DNA from: Malacoraja senta | Lineage: Eukaryota | DNA length: 64,000 nt | Assembly: GCA_038087875.1 (NCBI GenBank) | Contig: CM075992.1 | Span: 11,162,001 to 11,226,000, forward strand | Direction: 5' to 3' | In this document: piece after piece, positions 12,608 through 25,740 of the stretch | How positions within the stretch are numbered: position 1 is the stretch's first letter | Layout of the letters: every line of letters starts with the position of its first letter | The notes under the pieces: model-generated | Told to the model about the DNA's origin: nothing | Seen by the model: the letters and a program-made list of their open reading frames with translations, nothing else | The model's database searches: none | Translations under genes and position numbers: made by a program

Positions 12608-12909
12608 TTGAAACTAAGTAGTGAAGGGAGGTCAACAGATTGGAAAAGTATGGATGAAGTTAAAGGGAAGGAGAGAGCAGGCGAGGTTAACAAAGTCTCC
12701 AGAATAAGAAATAGGACAAGAAGTTTAGAAAGGGAAAAGAGTCGACTGTCAAGCAACGTGGGGACCATTTGAAGAATGGGTGGTAAAAACAACTGAAGGT
12801 GTTCTATCTAAATGCACGCTGTATACGAAGCATACTGGATGAGCTTATAGCACAGTTAGAAATTGGTAGGTATGACGTTGTGGGCATCAGTAATGGATGA
12901 AAGAGGATC

Positions 12910-14880
12910 TTAGCTGGAGCTGTCTTCCACCACTTCCACTGGAAGCTCATTCCACACAGCTACCACTGAGTAAAGAAGTTCCCTCTCATGTTGCCCCTAA
13001 ACTTTTGTCACTTTATTCTCAAATCATGTCCTCTTGTTTGAATCTTCCCTATTCTCAATGGAAAAAGCTTATCCACGTCAACTCTGTCTATCCCTCTCAT
13101 AATTTTAAAGACCTCTATCAAGTCCCCCCTTAACCTTCTGCGCTCCAAAGAATAAAGATCTATCTTGTTCAACCTTTCTCTGTAACTTGGGGGCTGAAAC
13201 CCAGGCAACATTCTAGTAAATCTCCTCTGTACTCTCTCTATTTTGTTGACATCATTCCTATAATTTGGCGACCAAAATTGTACACCATATTCCAGAACTG
13301 GCCTCACCAATGCCTTGTACAATTTTAACATTACATCCCAACTTCTATACTCAATGTTCTGATTTATAAAGGCCAGCACACCAAAAGCTTTCTTTTCCAC
13401 CCTATATACATGAGATTCCACCTTCAGGGAACTATGCACAGTTATTCCTAGATCCCTCTGATCAACTGCATTCCTCAATTCGCTACCATTTACCATATAT
13501 GTCCTATTTTGATTTATCCTGCCAAGATGTAGCACCTCACACTTATCAGCATTAAACTCCATCTGCCATCTTTCAGCCCACTCTTCCAAATGGCCTAAAT
13601 CTCTCTGTATATCTTTCCTATAACATGGTGTTAAAACTGAACACAATACTCAATGTGACCTCACCAATATCTTGTATAACTATAACATGACCTCCCAACT
13701 TCTGTATTCAATACTGTGACTGATGAAGGCCAATGAGCCAAAATCCTTTTTGACCACGCTATCTACCGATGACACCACATTCAAGGAGCTATGTACATAC
13801 ACTCCTCGATCCCTCTGCTCCACAACACTCCCCAAAGCCTTGTAGGTCCTGCCCTTTTTAGACTTCCCAAAGTGTAAAGGGCCTGTCCCACTTGGCCGTC
13901 ATTTGCGCCTCATTTACGCAACATATGTAAAATAGGTCGATGCGTCGTGATGTGCGATGTCACTTACATATCACGCGTGAGCACAGACGTCTGGTGCGCG
14001 TGACGTCATTAGAAAACCCTGCGGCGCGCGGCAGGACGTGGACGCAAGGACGTAAAGACATTGACACATGGTGACGTAACCATGCGTCACCACGCGATAC
14101 ACATGAGACGTCGGGATGCCAGCGTACCTAATGCGTCAGCGTGCGTACGTGATACGTCACACAAGTGGCGAGCGAGGATTTTGTTCCTGTACTAAATCCT
14201 GGAGCGCCACGCGATACCGCACACCACCGCATATGATTCCACGCTTCACCATGCGCAACGCATGCGCACCCCACGCGTCACGACGCATCGACCTAATTTA
14301 CATATAACGCGTAAATGAGACGCAAATGACGGCCAAGTGGCACAGGCCCTTAACACCTCATATTTTTCTTATTAACCATTCCTTAGCACACCTCCCAGAA
14401 GGGTGTCGACATCACCTATTCTTTTCTCCAGAGATGCCGCCTCACCCTCTGAGTTACTCCAGCATTTTGTGTCTATCTTACAACTAATCAAGATCCTGCT
14501 GCAATTTCTGACAACCATCTTCACTATCTACAATAACATCCACTTTAGTGTCATCTCCTGAAATCTACAGATTGTCCACAGCTCTGCCATCAGGAATGTC
14601 TTTGGTCATATTTTCAAAAAACTCAAGCTGATTCGTTGGACATAACCTCCCATGTTCAAAACAGTGCTGACTATCCCTAATCAGCTCTTGTCCATGTAAA
14701 TGCATGTATATCGTATCTCAGATTACACTTAGTAACTTTCAAACCACAGATTTTAAGCTCACTGGCCTGTAGTTCCCAGGCTTATCCTTGCAGCCCTCCT
14801 TGGATAGAGGCACAACATTTGCCACCCTCCAGTCTTCCGGCACCTCACTTGTATTTAATGAAGACTTGTAATTCTCAGCA
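12910..14880 (-). mobile_element. Antisense CR1 fragments (nested)
   Basis: ORF 13008-13646 encodes WQMEFNADKC, RPVLEYGVQFWSP and RRLRGDLIE. An older CR1 RT remnant continues to ~14880. Confidence 0.85.
13878..14350. mobile_element. PIF/Harbinger-type MITE
   Basis: ~42-bp TIRs AGGGCCTGTCCCACTTGGCCGTCATTTGCG..., TAA TSD on both sides, and a CpG-rich non-coding interior. It interrupts a CR1. Confidence 0.92.
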
Positions 14881-15483
14881 TGTAAGAACAAAATGTTGCA
14901 GTCATCTGCAGGATTTCAATATGCAAGTGGACTGGGAAAAATCAGGTTAATGTTGGATGCTAAGAGAAGGAATTTGTAGAATGCCCACGAGGTGGCTTCT
15001 TAGAGCAGCTTGTAGTCGAGCCCACTATGGATAAGGCTTTCTGGATATGGTGTGTAATGAACCAGATTTGATACGGCAAATGAACCTCTAGGTGGCAGTG
15101 ATCATAATTTGATAGAATTCAACCTGCTGTGTGAAAGGTAGAAGCTGAATTTGGATCTATCGATATTACTGTTGAGTAAAGTTAACTGCAGATGCATGAG
15201 GCAGGATCTGGCTAAAGTTGATTGGAAAGGAACCCAAGCAGGACTGATGGTGAAGCAGTTTCTGGCAATAACTGGGAAGACACAGAATCTTTTCATCCCA
15301 AAGAGGAAGAAACGTATAAAGGGGGAAATGTGGCCACCGTGGCGGACAAAGGAAGTCTAAGATCACATAAAGCTAAAAAGAAGGCATAAACCATGGCCAA
15401 GATTAGAGTGAAGCTGGGAAGGTTAAAAACCAACAGAAGGCAATTAAAAAAGCAATAAGGGAGATAAAATGAAATATGAGGAT

Positions 15484-15786
15484 AGTTTAGTTTGGTTTAG
15501 AGATATAATGCGGAAACAGGCCCCTTGGCCCACCGAGGCCGCGCTGGCCAGCGATCCCCGCACATTAACACTATCCTACACGCACTAGGGACAATTTACA
15601 TTTATTCCAAGCCAATTAACCTGCAAACCTGTACATATTTGGAGTGTGGGAAGAAACCGATCTCAAAGAAAACCCAACCAGGTCATGGGGAGAACAAATT
15701 CCATACAGACAGCACCCGTAGTCAGGATCAAACCTGGATCTCTGGCACAGTAAGACAGCAACTCTAGCTCTGCCTCACCATGCCGT
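15484..15786 (-). mobile_element. tRNA-derived V-SINE (HE1-like)
   Basis: Same family as 11412-11755, with tRNA-like head, V-core and (TAAAC)n tail. Confidence 0.85.
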
Positions 15787-16716
15787 CACAATAGACTAGC
15801 CAACAATATACAACAGGCAAACAGAAGATTTTTGAGATATATAAAGTGTAAAAGGGAGTCAACAGTGGATATTGGACCATTGGAAAATGATGCTGCAGAA
15901 GGGGTAATAGTGGATAAAATAGTGGATGAAGTGAATAGGTTTTTTGTGACAGTCTTCACAGTAGAAGACAGCAGCAATGTGCCAAAAATCAAGAGAGTAA
16001 GGGAGCTGTTGAGTGCAATCGCTATTACGTGCGACACTGAAAGGTCTGAAGATGGATAACTCACCTGAATTAGATGGACTACATCCCAGGGTAGAGGTAG
16101 CTGTAGAGATTGTGGAGGCATTAGCAGTCATCTTTCAAGAATCACTAGAAAAGGACTGAAAAATTGCAAATGTAACTCCACTGTTTAAGGGAGAGGCAAA
16201 ATAAATTAAATTACTGATTTCTGTGATTGGTAACATTTTAGAGTCCATTATTAAGCATGTCAAATCTGTTGTAATTTTTTGAGGAAGTAACAAGCAGGAT
16301 AGACTAATGATAGTCAGTGGATGTTATTTACTTGGATTTTCAGAAGGCCTTTGATAAGGTGCCATAAGGCTGCTGAACAAGATGGTATTAGAGGGAAGAT
16401 ATTGGCATGGATTTAATAATTAATTGACTGGTAGAAGGCAAAGAGTGGGAATAAAGGGGACCATTTCTGGTTTGCTGCCGATGACTAGTGGTGTTCCGTA
16501 GGGTTCGGCATTGGGTCCACTACTTTTCATGTTATAAGTTAATGATATGGATGAGATAATTGATGGCTTTGTGCCCAAGTTTGAGGATGACACGAAGATA
16601 GGTGGAAGGGCAGGTAGTATAAAGGAAGCAGGGACTCTGCAGAAGGACTTCGACAGGTTGGAAGAGTGGGCAAATAAGTGGCAAATTATTCACACAAATT
16701 CCTGGCCAATAAACAA

Positions 16717-16810
16717 GTAAATAAATAAATAAATAGATAAATAGATAGATAAATAAATAAATAGATTGATAGATAGATAGATTGATTAAATAATTAATTA
16801 ATTAATTAAG
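16717..16810. repeat. Compound tetranucleotide microsatellite (TAAA/TAGA/TTAA)
   Basis: Direct inspection. Confidence 0.9.
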
Positions 16811-17699
16811 TGGTTAATTAATTTGTTCATTCATTCATATGGGATACAGTATAGAAAAGTGTACGGTCATGAACTTTAATAGAATAAATAAAGACATAGA
16901 TTAAATTGGCAGAAGATTCCGATATCGGAGGTGCAAAGGGACTTGGGAGTGATGATGCAGGATTCCCAAAAGATTAATTTGCAGGTTGTGTCAGTTGGAA
17001 ATGGGAGGCAAATGCAATGCTAGCATTCATTTTTAGGAGACTAGAACATAAAGCAAGGATATAATGCTGGGGCTTTATCAGGTGATGGAGAAGCCACATT
17101 TGGAATATTGTGAGCAATTTTGGGCCCGATATTTGAGGAGGGATGTGCTGGTGTTGGAGAGGACCAGAGGAGGTTTATGAGAATGATTGCGGGGAAGGAT
17201 GTTTCCATTAATTGGAGAGTCCATGACCAGAGGGCACAGCCTCTGAAAAAAATAATGTCGTTTCAGAATGGAGATGAGGAGGAATTTCTTTAGCCAGAGG
17301 GTGGTGAATCTGTGGAACTCATTGCCACAGACGTAGCAATGAATTTCACAGACAGCTGTGGAGGCTACGACATAATGTATTTTTAAAACGGAGATTAATA
17401 GGTTCATGTATATCGTGTTGTTACTTGCGAGCAAGGGCAAATTCCTTGTATGTATACATACTTGGCTAATATAATAGCAAGATTAAACGAGAACTTACAA
17501 GTTTGAAGTTTGATCTTTATTTTAAGAGGAGTTACAATGAGCGATTACGTGAATAAGACGGCCGTCAGCCCGCATGCGCGTCAATCTTCAAAGCAGCGGT
17601 GTGAAATCAGATAACAGTTGTTGAACTAACATAGTAAGATTAGAGATGACTAGAACTACCAGATGATGTTTATGATACGAGGGTTGGGAACGGAGGGCA

Positions 17700-17810
17700 C
17701 ATAATAGCTCATCGTAACTCCTCATAAAATAAAGATCAAACTGCAAACTGGTAAGTTCTCGTTTAATCTTACTAATTTACTTCGGAGTCACGTGTGTGAC
17801 TACGTGAAGA
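17700..17810. repeat. DIRS internal complementary region (ICR)
   Basis: 17700-17775 is the reverse complement of the left terminus (17473-17545). 17776-17810 (TTACTTCGGAGTCAC...) is the reverse complement of the right terminus. Confidence 0.9.
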
Positions 17811-17982
17811 TTTTGATGCTCTGTGATTTCATGCCGTGGATACGAGTCCATGCGTCACACACTGCATCAGTTGACCAGGATGAGTGAAAATAATTAATAC
17901 ATTCAGACATGACATAGACAAAAAATGCTGATGCTTTAATAATCAAAGAAAATTATAGTGACCCCTCTCACCCAGCAGGAAA

Positions 17983-18966
17983 CTATAAAACAGAACTTAA
18001 AATAGAATTAGAAAAAGCCCCCGGTCTGGCGATAGGTTTGTTATAAAACCTTTGGTACGTCAGTTCATTAGACCATCCTGCAGCCGCTAGAATGTGGTCG
18101 AGAGGGATGTCCATATCCCTCGCTGCTGACGTAGATGCAGCCCTGGTGGAATGAGGCTTAAAAGTGTCAGTGTACCCTCCTGCACATGCCAGAACCTGTT
18201 TTATCCATCTTGAAATGGTCTGAACTGTAACCTTCCTATGAGGTTTTGTGTAGCTGATGAATAAAGATAATTCCGAGCCTCTTAGCCTCTCAGTGACCTT
18301 AATGTATTGTAGTATGTGTGTAACTACACACAACGATAGGTCTAAGGGGTATGCCATAAAAATTAATTTGAGCCCCGACACCCCTGGTCTGCTCTGCTTA
18401 ATAAAATCATAAACAAAAAAGGTAATATTGTCAAAAGATGAAACCATGCTGTCCAGTCTTAGTTTATTTAACGTCTGGACCCGTTGCGCTGAAACAAGCG
18501 CCATGAGCATGACTACCTTAAGAGTGAGATGAGGCAGAGATAGAGATGAAGCTGGAGCCCACTAGCGAAGCAGCTTGAGAACCACGCTCACATCCCATAT
18601 CTGTGAATATCGGGGCCTAGGTGGAGTGGAGTTAAAAATGCCCTTCATAAATCTTGTTATTAAGGGGTGAGATCTGACACTGTGGTTCCCTGACCCCAGC
18701 CATAAGTAAGATGATAAAGCGCTCCTAGCACTATTAATGGCACTATAACTGAGTTTCTGATCATAGAACAGTGTAGATAGGAACTCCAAAACATCCGTAA
18801 TGGAAGCCGTGTCATATGAAATTTTCAAGAGAGAGCAGTACATCTCCCATTTCCTTATATGAGTGAAGTACTGTTTCTGGATACTCTTCCTCCAGGCCGC
18901 AGTGATCACATCTACCGTACGATCTGAAAGTCCGAGCCCCAGGACCGGTCTCATCAGAATCTGCAA
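17983..18966 (-). pseudogene. DIRS tyrosine recombinase
   Basis: SAINSARSALS, SAQR (catalytic R), KQSRP, HSTR, GWS and FY motifs, with an internal stop at 18562. Confidence 0.92.
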
Positions 18967-20900
18967 ACCAATAAATTGATTCGGTCATGTAGTGGATGGT
19001 TTTCCCCTGTCACAGGATGAACCAGCAGATTCCTGCTATTGGGGACAGTCATAAAAGGCTGTGTAATCATACCTAGGATGAGTGGGAACCAATGCTGAGT
19101 AGGCCAGTCTGGTACTACCAATATGCCAGAAGCAGAGTCTTGCTTGATCTTGGCCAAGCACCGACTGATGAGGCAAAATGGGGGGGAAGGCAGACTGGAA
19201 CTTTCCACCCCGGTGTAGCGAGAAAGCATCTACTGCCACTGCCCCTGGGTCTGGTTCCCATGAAATGTAATTAGGTAACTGGTGATTTAGTGTAGATGCA
19301 AACAAGTCGATATCGAGATGCAAACAAGTACGCCATACCGAGCGACAATGTCGTTAAACACTTCATGGTTCAACATCCATTCTTTGTTGTCATTGAATTC
19401 CCGTGACCTGGTGTCCGCCACCGTGTTATATCTACCTGGTAAGTAGATAGCTGAAACCCAGATGTTTCTCGTAATACACCAGTGCCAAATAAGGTTAGAC
19501 AATTTATCACAGAATACAGACTTAATTCCACCCATTTGATTAATGTATGCCACCGCTGTAGTGTTTTCAGTCTGAAGTTGAACATGCACATGTGGCATAT
19601 TGCTACAATAAGCCCATTAGCCCATAGAGTGCTCCCAACAACTCTAAGTAGTTAATACCATCTGACTGAAGAATGAATGATTCCTGCATATTCCATCAGC
19701 CACCGCAGCTTGAGGCGGTGTTGGCAGCACCCCATCCTAGAGCACTAGCATCAGTTTATAGGATAACTGATGGTGTATCGACTAAAAGTGTACTGGAGCA
19801 ATGCCGAATATTGGTCACCCACCATTGTAACTCAGCAATGGCTTCAGCTGGCAACCGCATAGGTCTACCGAAGTGACCTTTATGAAGTTTGAGTGCCTGC
19901 TCCTTTGCACGTTGTAAGTTTTGGTAGTGCAAAGGCCCGAACCGAGCAGCTGGGAAAGCAGCCACTAATTTGCCAATTATACTAGCCACATGTCTAATAG
20001 AAGGTTGGTCCTTAACAATGAGATTGTTTCAGGCTTCAATTAATTCTAATTGCTTGCCCCTAGGCAGAGTCACTGACATGTGAATAGAGTTAATGGTGAA
20101 TCCCAAATAATCAATTACTCTAGATGGTACCAATTTGGATTTAACTGGATGGATGAGGAACCCCAATCTCTCAAACATGAGTTTGGTAGCTGACACAGAT
20201 AATTCAGCTAATTTCATAGTTTTCCCTATAATAAGGATGTCATCCAAGTATGCCATGACAATATGATTCTGTGCCCTGAGAAGCCCCAGGACTGGTTTTA
20301 GCAATTTAGTGAATAATCTGGGGGCTGAGGTTAACCCATTAGGCAATGCTTTAAACTGCCACAGTTGCCCCATCCAGCTAAACTTCAAATATCTCCGGTG
20401 ATCACCATGAATTGCCACCGAATAGTATGCATCTTTGAGGTCGATGCATGCCATATAACATCCCTTGGAAACCAGTTGTTTAGCAGTAACAAATTTTCCA
20501 TTTTGAAGTGTTTATACTGCACAAATGTGTTAAGCTCAGTCAAGTCAAGGATGATTCGGCATCCTCCATCCTTCTTTTGCTTAGTAAATATATTGGACAC
20601 AAATTGGTGAGACTCATGACACGACATCTCAATTACCCTTTTTGTGTGTAAAGATTCAATTTCAGCTTGCGCATCCGCACACTCCCGTTGTGAAAGAACA
20701 AATGTGTGGTTCGGTGTATGCTGTGTGGGTGGAGGCGAATTGAGAAGGAACTCAATTTGGAAACCTTGTATACTGTGCAGTATAAACGGATCTGAAGTTA
20801 TCCAATGCCATTCATTCAAGAACAATCGTAATCTCCCACCAACTTGTAACTGATCCATAGACAATGTGTTCCGCAAACAACCAGACTCACTTACCTCAAT
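18954..20900 (-). pseudogene. DIRS pol (RT, RNase H, Dam-like methyltransferase)
   Basis: IDLKDAY, LPNGLTSAP and YLDD (RT); ENTTAVAYINQMGG and YLPGRYNTVAD (RNase H); DLFAS and FPP (MT). Multiple frameshifts. Confidence 0.92.
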
Positions 20901-22140
20901 GATTATCGGCAGTATGGTGTTTGTTTCTGCCCCCGAGGTTTGGGGGGTAGGACTGTTGGAGGGCGCCATCTGCGCATCTTGAACATGGCTGGCTTGGGCC
21001 TAGCCCTAAAAAAGGCCTCTGTGCCTGTTGTTCGGGCTTCCCACCATATTCGGCGGGCTGTCTGGTGTTGAGAGGAGCATAGGGGTGCTGCCGCCGGAAA
21101 GATGAGGTCTTGAAAGATGTTGGGACCTTCATAAGCCCGACTGCTTTAGCCTCATCATCCAGCTCCCTGACCTGCTTAGGCAGGTCTTCCCCGAACAGGA
21201 GGTTTGGTGGTTGGATGTTCCCGGCCTTGCACAATGCTGCAAATTTGGGGTTCAGAGCAGGATGGATGGCATTCTTTCGCAGGCAATTTAACTCAAAATG
21301 TGCATTGCACATTAATGCCATGGCGTCCTGCTGAACATCTGAGAGGGGCCTCCCATCCACCGATCTGGCAAAGGCCGTGAGGCCTGAGGCGAGCAATCTT
21401 AATATTTTTTGTAATTTTACCTCCTGGGCTCTGACTCCCCCTCCAATGTAACCCCAGATGGAGAGATTTACCGCCGGGACATTCAATGAGGCACAGTTTG
21501 CCGGGGTATGGTACTTTGTGGTGGTTTCTTCCATGGCCTGATCTTGGAGCTGGTGAGAGGTCAGGTAATTAATGCTCTTGGCAAGATCCTCTCCCAGCGG
21601 TTCCCCTGTTAGGGACGGTATAGCAAATTTGGATGCCATGGGGGGCACTTCTGAATCTTGCCCTTCATGCCTGGTAGCATGCTCCCCATCTGTGCCTCCG
21701 TACTCAAAGTCAGTGTAGAACTGACCTCGTATACTCCCCTCCTCAGAGAGGGAGACATTGTGCAGCCCTGAGACAGGTGCCGCTGCCACGGGCTCTCCAG
21801 AATACCAGGGCTCAGATAGCTCCCTCCTTTGGAGCATGTCACTTTGGAGCAACCTCTCCATTAGGTGCTCCATGTGGGTCAGTCACCCATAGACGCTTCC
21901 CATTGAAGGAGGTGAACCCTCCTGGCCCGACTCGTCCGAGTCCACGGGCCTGACAAACTTATTGGTGGCTTTCCTCCCCAACAGGGTAGCCAAGGTGCTT
22001 TCTATCGGCACCAAGTCTGTAGCCGCTGGCTCCACTGCCAGCGACCCGGAAGGCGAAATCGGCAGCCGCCCGCTACCCGCAGTCCCACAGTCTTCAGTAG
22101 CCGGTTTCCCCGCGGCCCGCCTTCTCACCTTAGCCATGGT
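20896..22140 (-). pseudogene. DIRS gag-like ORF1
   Basis: Long ORF upstream of pol, homologous to ORF1 of copy 2 (PAVN..IWG, LLFGED), with a stop at 21883. Confidence 0.8.
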
Positions 22141-22514
22141 CTCCGCAAAGTTCGAATACTTTCTGTAACAGAGTAAACGAACCAGGAGCAATGACCTCAG
22201 AGAGAGTATAAGCACTTACCTGAGGGTTTTAAACTTACTGCTGGAAGGAGCGACGCGCCCGCCAGTCAGTCGTTGCGCAATGCGTTAGACGTAAAATGAC
22301 GCGCATGCGGGCTGACGGCCTTCTTCTTCACGTAGTCACTCACATGACTCCGAAGTAAAATTGAATCATTCAATTCAATGATTAGTAAGAGTGTCAAAGG
22401 GTACTTGGAGAAGGCAGTTGAATGAAGTTGAGATGGAAAAATATATCAGCCATGATTGAATTGCGGAGTAAACGACGGGCTGAATGGCCCAATTATGCTC
22501 CTCTGTCTTATGGA

Positions 22515-23570
22515 AGCTGAGGGGCAACTTTGTCACATAAGGCGGTGTGTATGTGGAGCGAGCTGCCAGAGGAGGTAGTTGAGGCAGGTGCTACAATAGC
22601 ATTTAGACACTTGAACTACATCAATGATTTGGTTGAGAACATACAGGGCAAGATTAGCAAGTATGCTGATGATACAAAAGTGGGTGGCTTTGCAGATAGT
22701 GAAGATGGTTGCGAAACATTGCAGCAGGATCTTGATCAATTGGCCAGGTGGGCTGAGGAATAGTTGATGGAATTTAATGTGGAGAAATGTGAGGGGTTGC
22801 ACATTGGGAAGTCTAAAATGGGCAGGACCTACACAGTGAATGGTAGGGCTCTGGGGAGTATGTGAAGCAGAGGGATCTTGGAGTGCAGGTGCATAGTTCC
22901 TTGAAGGTCGAGTCGCAGATTGATAAGGTGGTCAAAAAGGCTTATGTTACATTGGCATTCATCGGTCAAGAGTATTGAGTATAGAAGTTCGGAGGTCATG
23001 TTGCTGTTGTATAAGACGTTGGTGAGACAGCATTTAGAGTATTGTGTTCAGTTCTGTGCTCCATGCTATAGGAAAGATGTTGTCAAGCTGGAAAGGGAAG
23101 AGAAGATTTACACGGATATTGCCAGGACTAGAGGGTGTGAGCTATAGGGAGAGTTTGAGTAGACTGGGACTATTCCCTGTAGCGCAGGAGGATGAGGGGT
23201 GATCTTATAAAGGGGTATAAAATCATGAGAGGAATAGATCGGGTAGATGGATAGAGTTCGTTGCTGAGAGTAGGTGAATCAAGGATCAGAGTACGTAGGT
23301 TTAAGGTAAAGGGGAAAAGATTTAATAGGAATCTGAGGGGTAACATTTTCACACAAATGGTGGTGGATGTATGGAACAAGCTGCCAGAGGAGGTAGTTGA
23401 TGCTGGTACTAACCAACGTTTAAGAAACAGTTAGACATGGACATGAATAGGACAGGTTTGGAGGGATATGGACCAAATGCAGGGAGGTGGGACTAGTGAA
23501 GCTGGGACATGTTGGTGGGTGTCGGCAAGTTTGGCCTGTTTCCACACTGTTGGACTCTATGACTAATAAA
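22515..23570 (+). mobile_element. CR1 LINE 3' fragments
   Basis: SKYADDTKVGG and HLEYCVQF motifs, followed by a CR1 tail. Confidence 0.88.
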
Positions 23571-23817
23571 GTTGGCGTAGACGTAAGGTTTACACAGGAT
23601 GGAATTGTCATATGTTAGAGAAAGTTACCTTAGGTAGTATGTAGAGTGCCCTACATGGTAGAAAGCAGCGCTTGATCTAGTCTTAGGAAATTGAGAGGGG
23701 CAAGCGGATGAAGTGTTTGTTGATGAGCATTTTGGGACCAGAGACAAGTGATCACTGCTCTATTAGCTTTAATATAGTTATGGATAAAGACTGGGCGGGT
23801 TGCAAATGAAAATTCTA

Positions 23818-24680
23818 TTGTGTAGGAAAGAACTGCAGATGCTGGTTTACACTGAAGATAGACACAATATGCTGGAGTAACTCAGCGGGACAGGCAGCAT
23901 CTCTGGAGAGAAGGAATGGGTGACGTTTCGGGTCGAGACCCTTTTTCAGACTGAGAGTCAGGGGAAAGGGTAACACGAGATATAGACGGTGATATAGAAC
24001 AAAGAAATGAAAGATATGCACAAAAGTAACGATGATCAAGGAAGCAGTCCATTGTTAGATGTGGGCTAGGTGAAAACGAGTTATATAGACAATGAAGCTC
24101 ACCAGTACACCAGTGAAACTAGTACAATGACGAGGGTGGGGGAGGGACGGAGAGAGGAGCTGCAAGGGTTACATGAATGTTAGAGAAATCAATATTCACA
24201 CTGCTGGGTTGTAAGCTGCCCAAGCGAAATATGAGGTGCTTTAAGGGGAGTCAGAGTGTGTGGCAATCGGGGATCACTTAGGCCCAGGCGGACTGAGCGA
24301 AGGTGTGCAACAAAACGATCGCCCAGTCTACGTTTGGTCTCGACGATGTATAACACTCCACACCTCAATACAGTAGATGAGGTTAGAGGAGGTGCAAGTG
24401 AACCTATGCTTAACCTGAAAGGGCTGTCGGGGTCCCTGGACAGAGTCGAGGGGGGAGGTAGAGGGACAGGTGTTGCATCTCCTGCGGTTGGGTGGAAAGG
24501 ATTGAGTTAACCGGGGAATTTTCGAGGGGAGGTCTCTGTGGAAGGCCGAAAGGAGTGGAGATGGGAAGATGTGAATAGTGGTGGGATCCCATTGGAGGAG
24601 GTGAAAATGTCGGTGGATTATATGTTGTATGCAATGGCTGATAGAGTGAAAGATAAGGACAAGGGGGACTCTGTCCCTTT
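23818..24680 (-). mobile_element. Penelope-like element 3' part/pLTR
   Basis: Homologous to 11750-12607, with a hammerhead-like motif at 23922-23949. Confidence 0.82.
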
Positions 24681-24779
24681 TGCGACTGGAGTGAGGGGGA
24701 GTAGGAGCGGAGCTGCAGGGTACTGCGGAGACACGTGTGAGTGAGCGGGGTGCTGAGGAGACACGTATGATGAGAGACT

Positions 24780-25740
24780 ACACTTCTTCCTCCTCTTGTA
24801 CAAGTGTTGGAACATCATGTTACATCTGTATAGAGCATTGGTGAGATTGCATGGTGCGCCCATGCGACAGGATGGATTTGACTAAGCTAGAGAGGCTACA
24901 GAAGTTTCACAAGGATGGTCCGAGATATGAGGAGAGCCTGGATAGGTCAGTGTTGGGGGGGGTTTCGGAGTGAAGGAGGCTAAGGGGTGACCATACAGAG
25001 GTTTATTAAATCATGAGGGGCATAGATAAGATTTGTGATCACATTCATTTTACCAGGGTGGAGGAGTTTAATTGTTCAAAGTCTGCCTGAACTAGGTGGT
25101 ATTAATAACAAGGATAGGTTGGACTGATTGGGATCGTTTTCTTTGGAGTACTGGAGGTTGAGTGGAGAACTGATAGAAATATGTAAAATTGGCATTGATA
25201 GGGTAGACGTTCTGAATCTTTTTCCCAGGGTGGCAATGTCAAAGACTTGGGGGCATAGCTTTAAGGTGAGAGGAGGAAAGTTTAAATGAGGCGTTGGACT
25301 AGATTTTACACAGAGGGTGGTGGGTGTCTGGAATGTGTTCCCAGGATTGATGGTGGAGTTAGATGCGATAGTGGTGTTTAAGAGTCTTTTAGATAGGCAC
25401 AGGGATATGCTGGGAACGGAGGGATATGGACAACGAGCAGGCAGATGAGATTAGTTTGACTTGGCATCATGTTTGGTGCAGATATTGCAGGACTGTTTCT
25501 GAGCTGTACTGTTCTATCTTCCAACGTGAGCAGGGAAAGAGTTAAATGGGACCTTTCATACACAAAGTGTACTGGATTCATGGAACAAACAACCAGAGGA
25601 GGTGGTATATGGGAGTACAATTACGACAGTTAAATGTCGTTTGGACAGGTACGTGGATAGGAAAGGTGTAGAGGGATAAATGCCAGGCATGAGTGAATGA
25701 AACATGGACCACAGAGCCTGTTGGCATGCTGTATTTATGC
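24780..25740 (+). mobile_element. Degraded CR1 3' fragments
   Basis: Repeated CR1 3' motifs (TTTTACACAGAGGGTGGTG, GGCCTGTT-type tails). Confidence 0.7.

Larger units (their letters stand above)
9590..17405 (+). mobile_element. Old near-full-length CR1 LINE fragmented by nested insertions
   Basis: ORF1 zinc finger (CFSCIMWE..HICSK) and SGNH esterase (CLPGAR, VHVGTNDIG) at 9767-10640. ORF2 endonuclease start (YLNAR) at ~12800. RT remnants (YLDFQKAFDKV, FEDDTKIG) at 16.3-16.7 kb and a 3' part to 17.4 kb. Its tail probably resumes at 22380-22515. Confidence 0.75.
17473..22360 (-). mobile_element. Full-length decayed DIRS1-type tyrosine-recombinase retrotransposon (copy 1)
   Basis: Inverted terminal repeats (~17545-17585 versus ~22297-22336). 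The ICR at ~17700-17810 is complementary to both termini. Gag, RT, RNase H, methyltransferase and YR frames are present, and there is no TSD. Confidence 0.95.
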
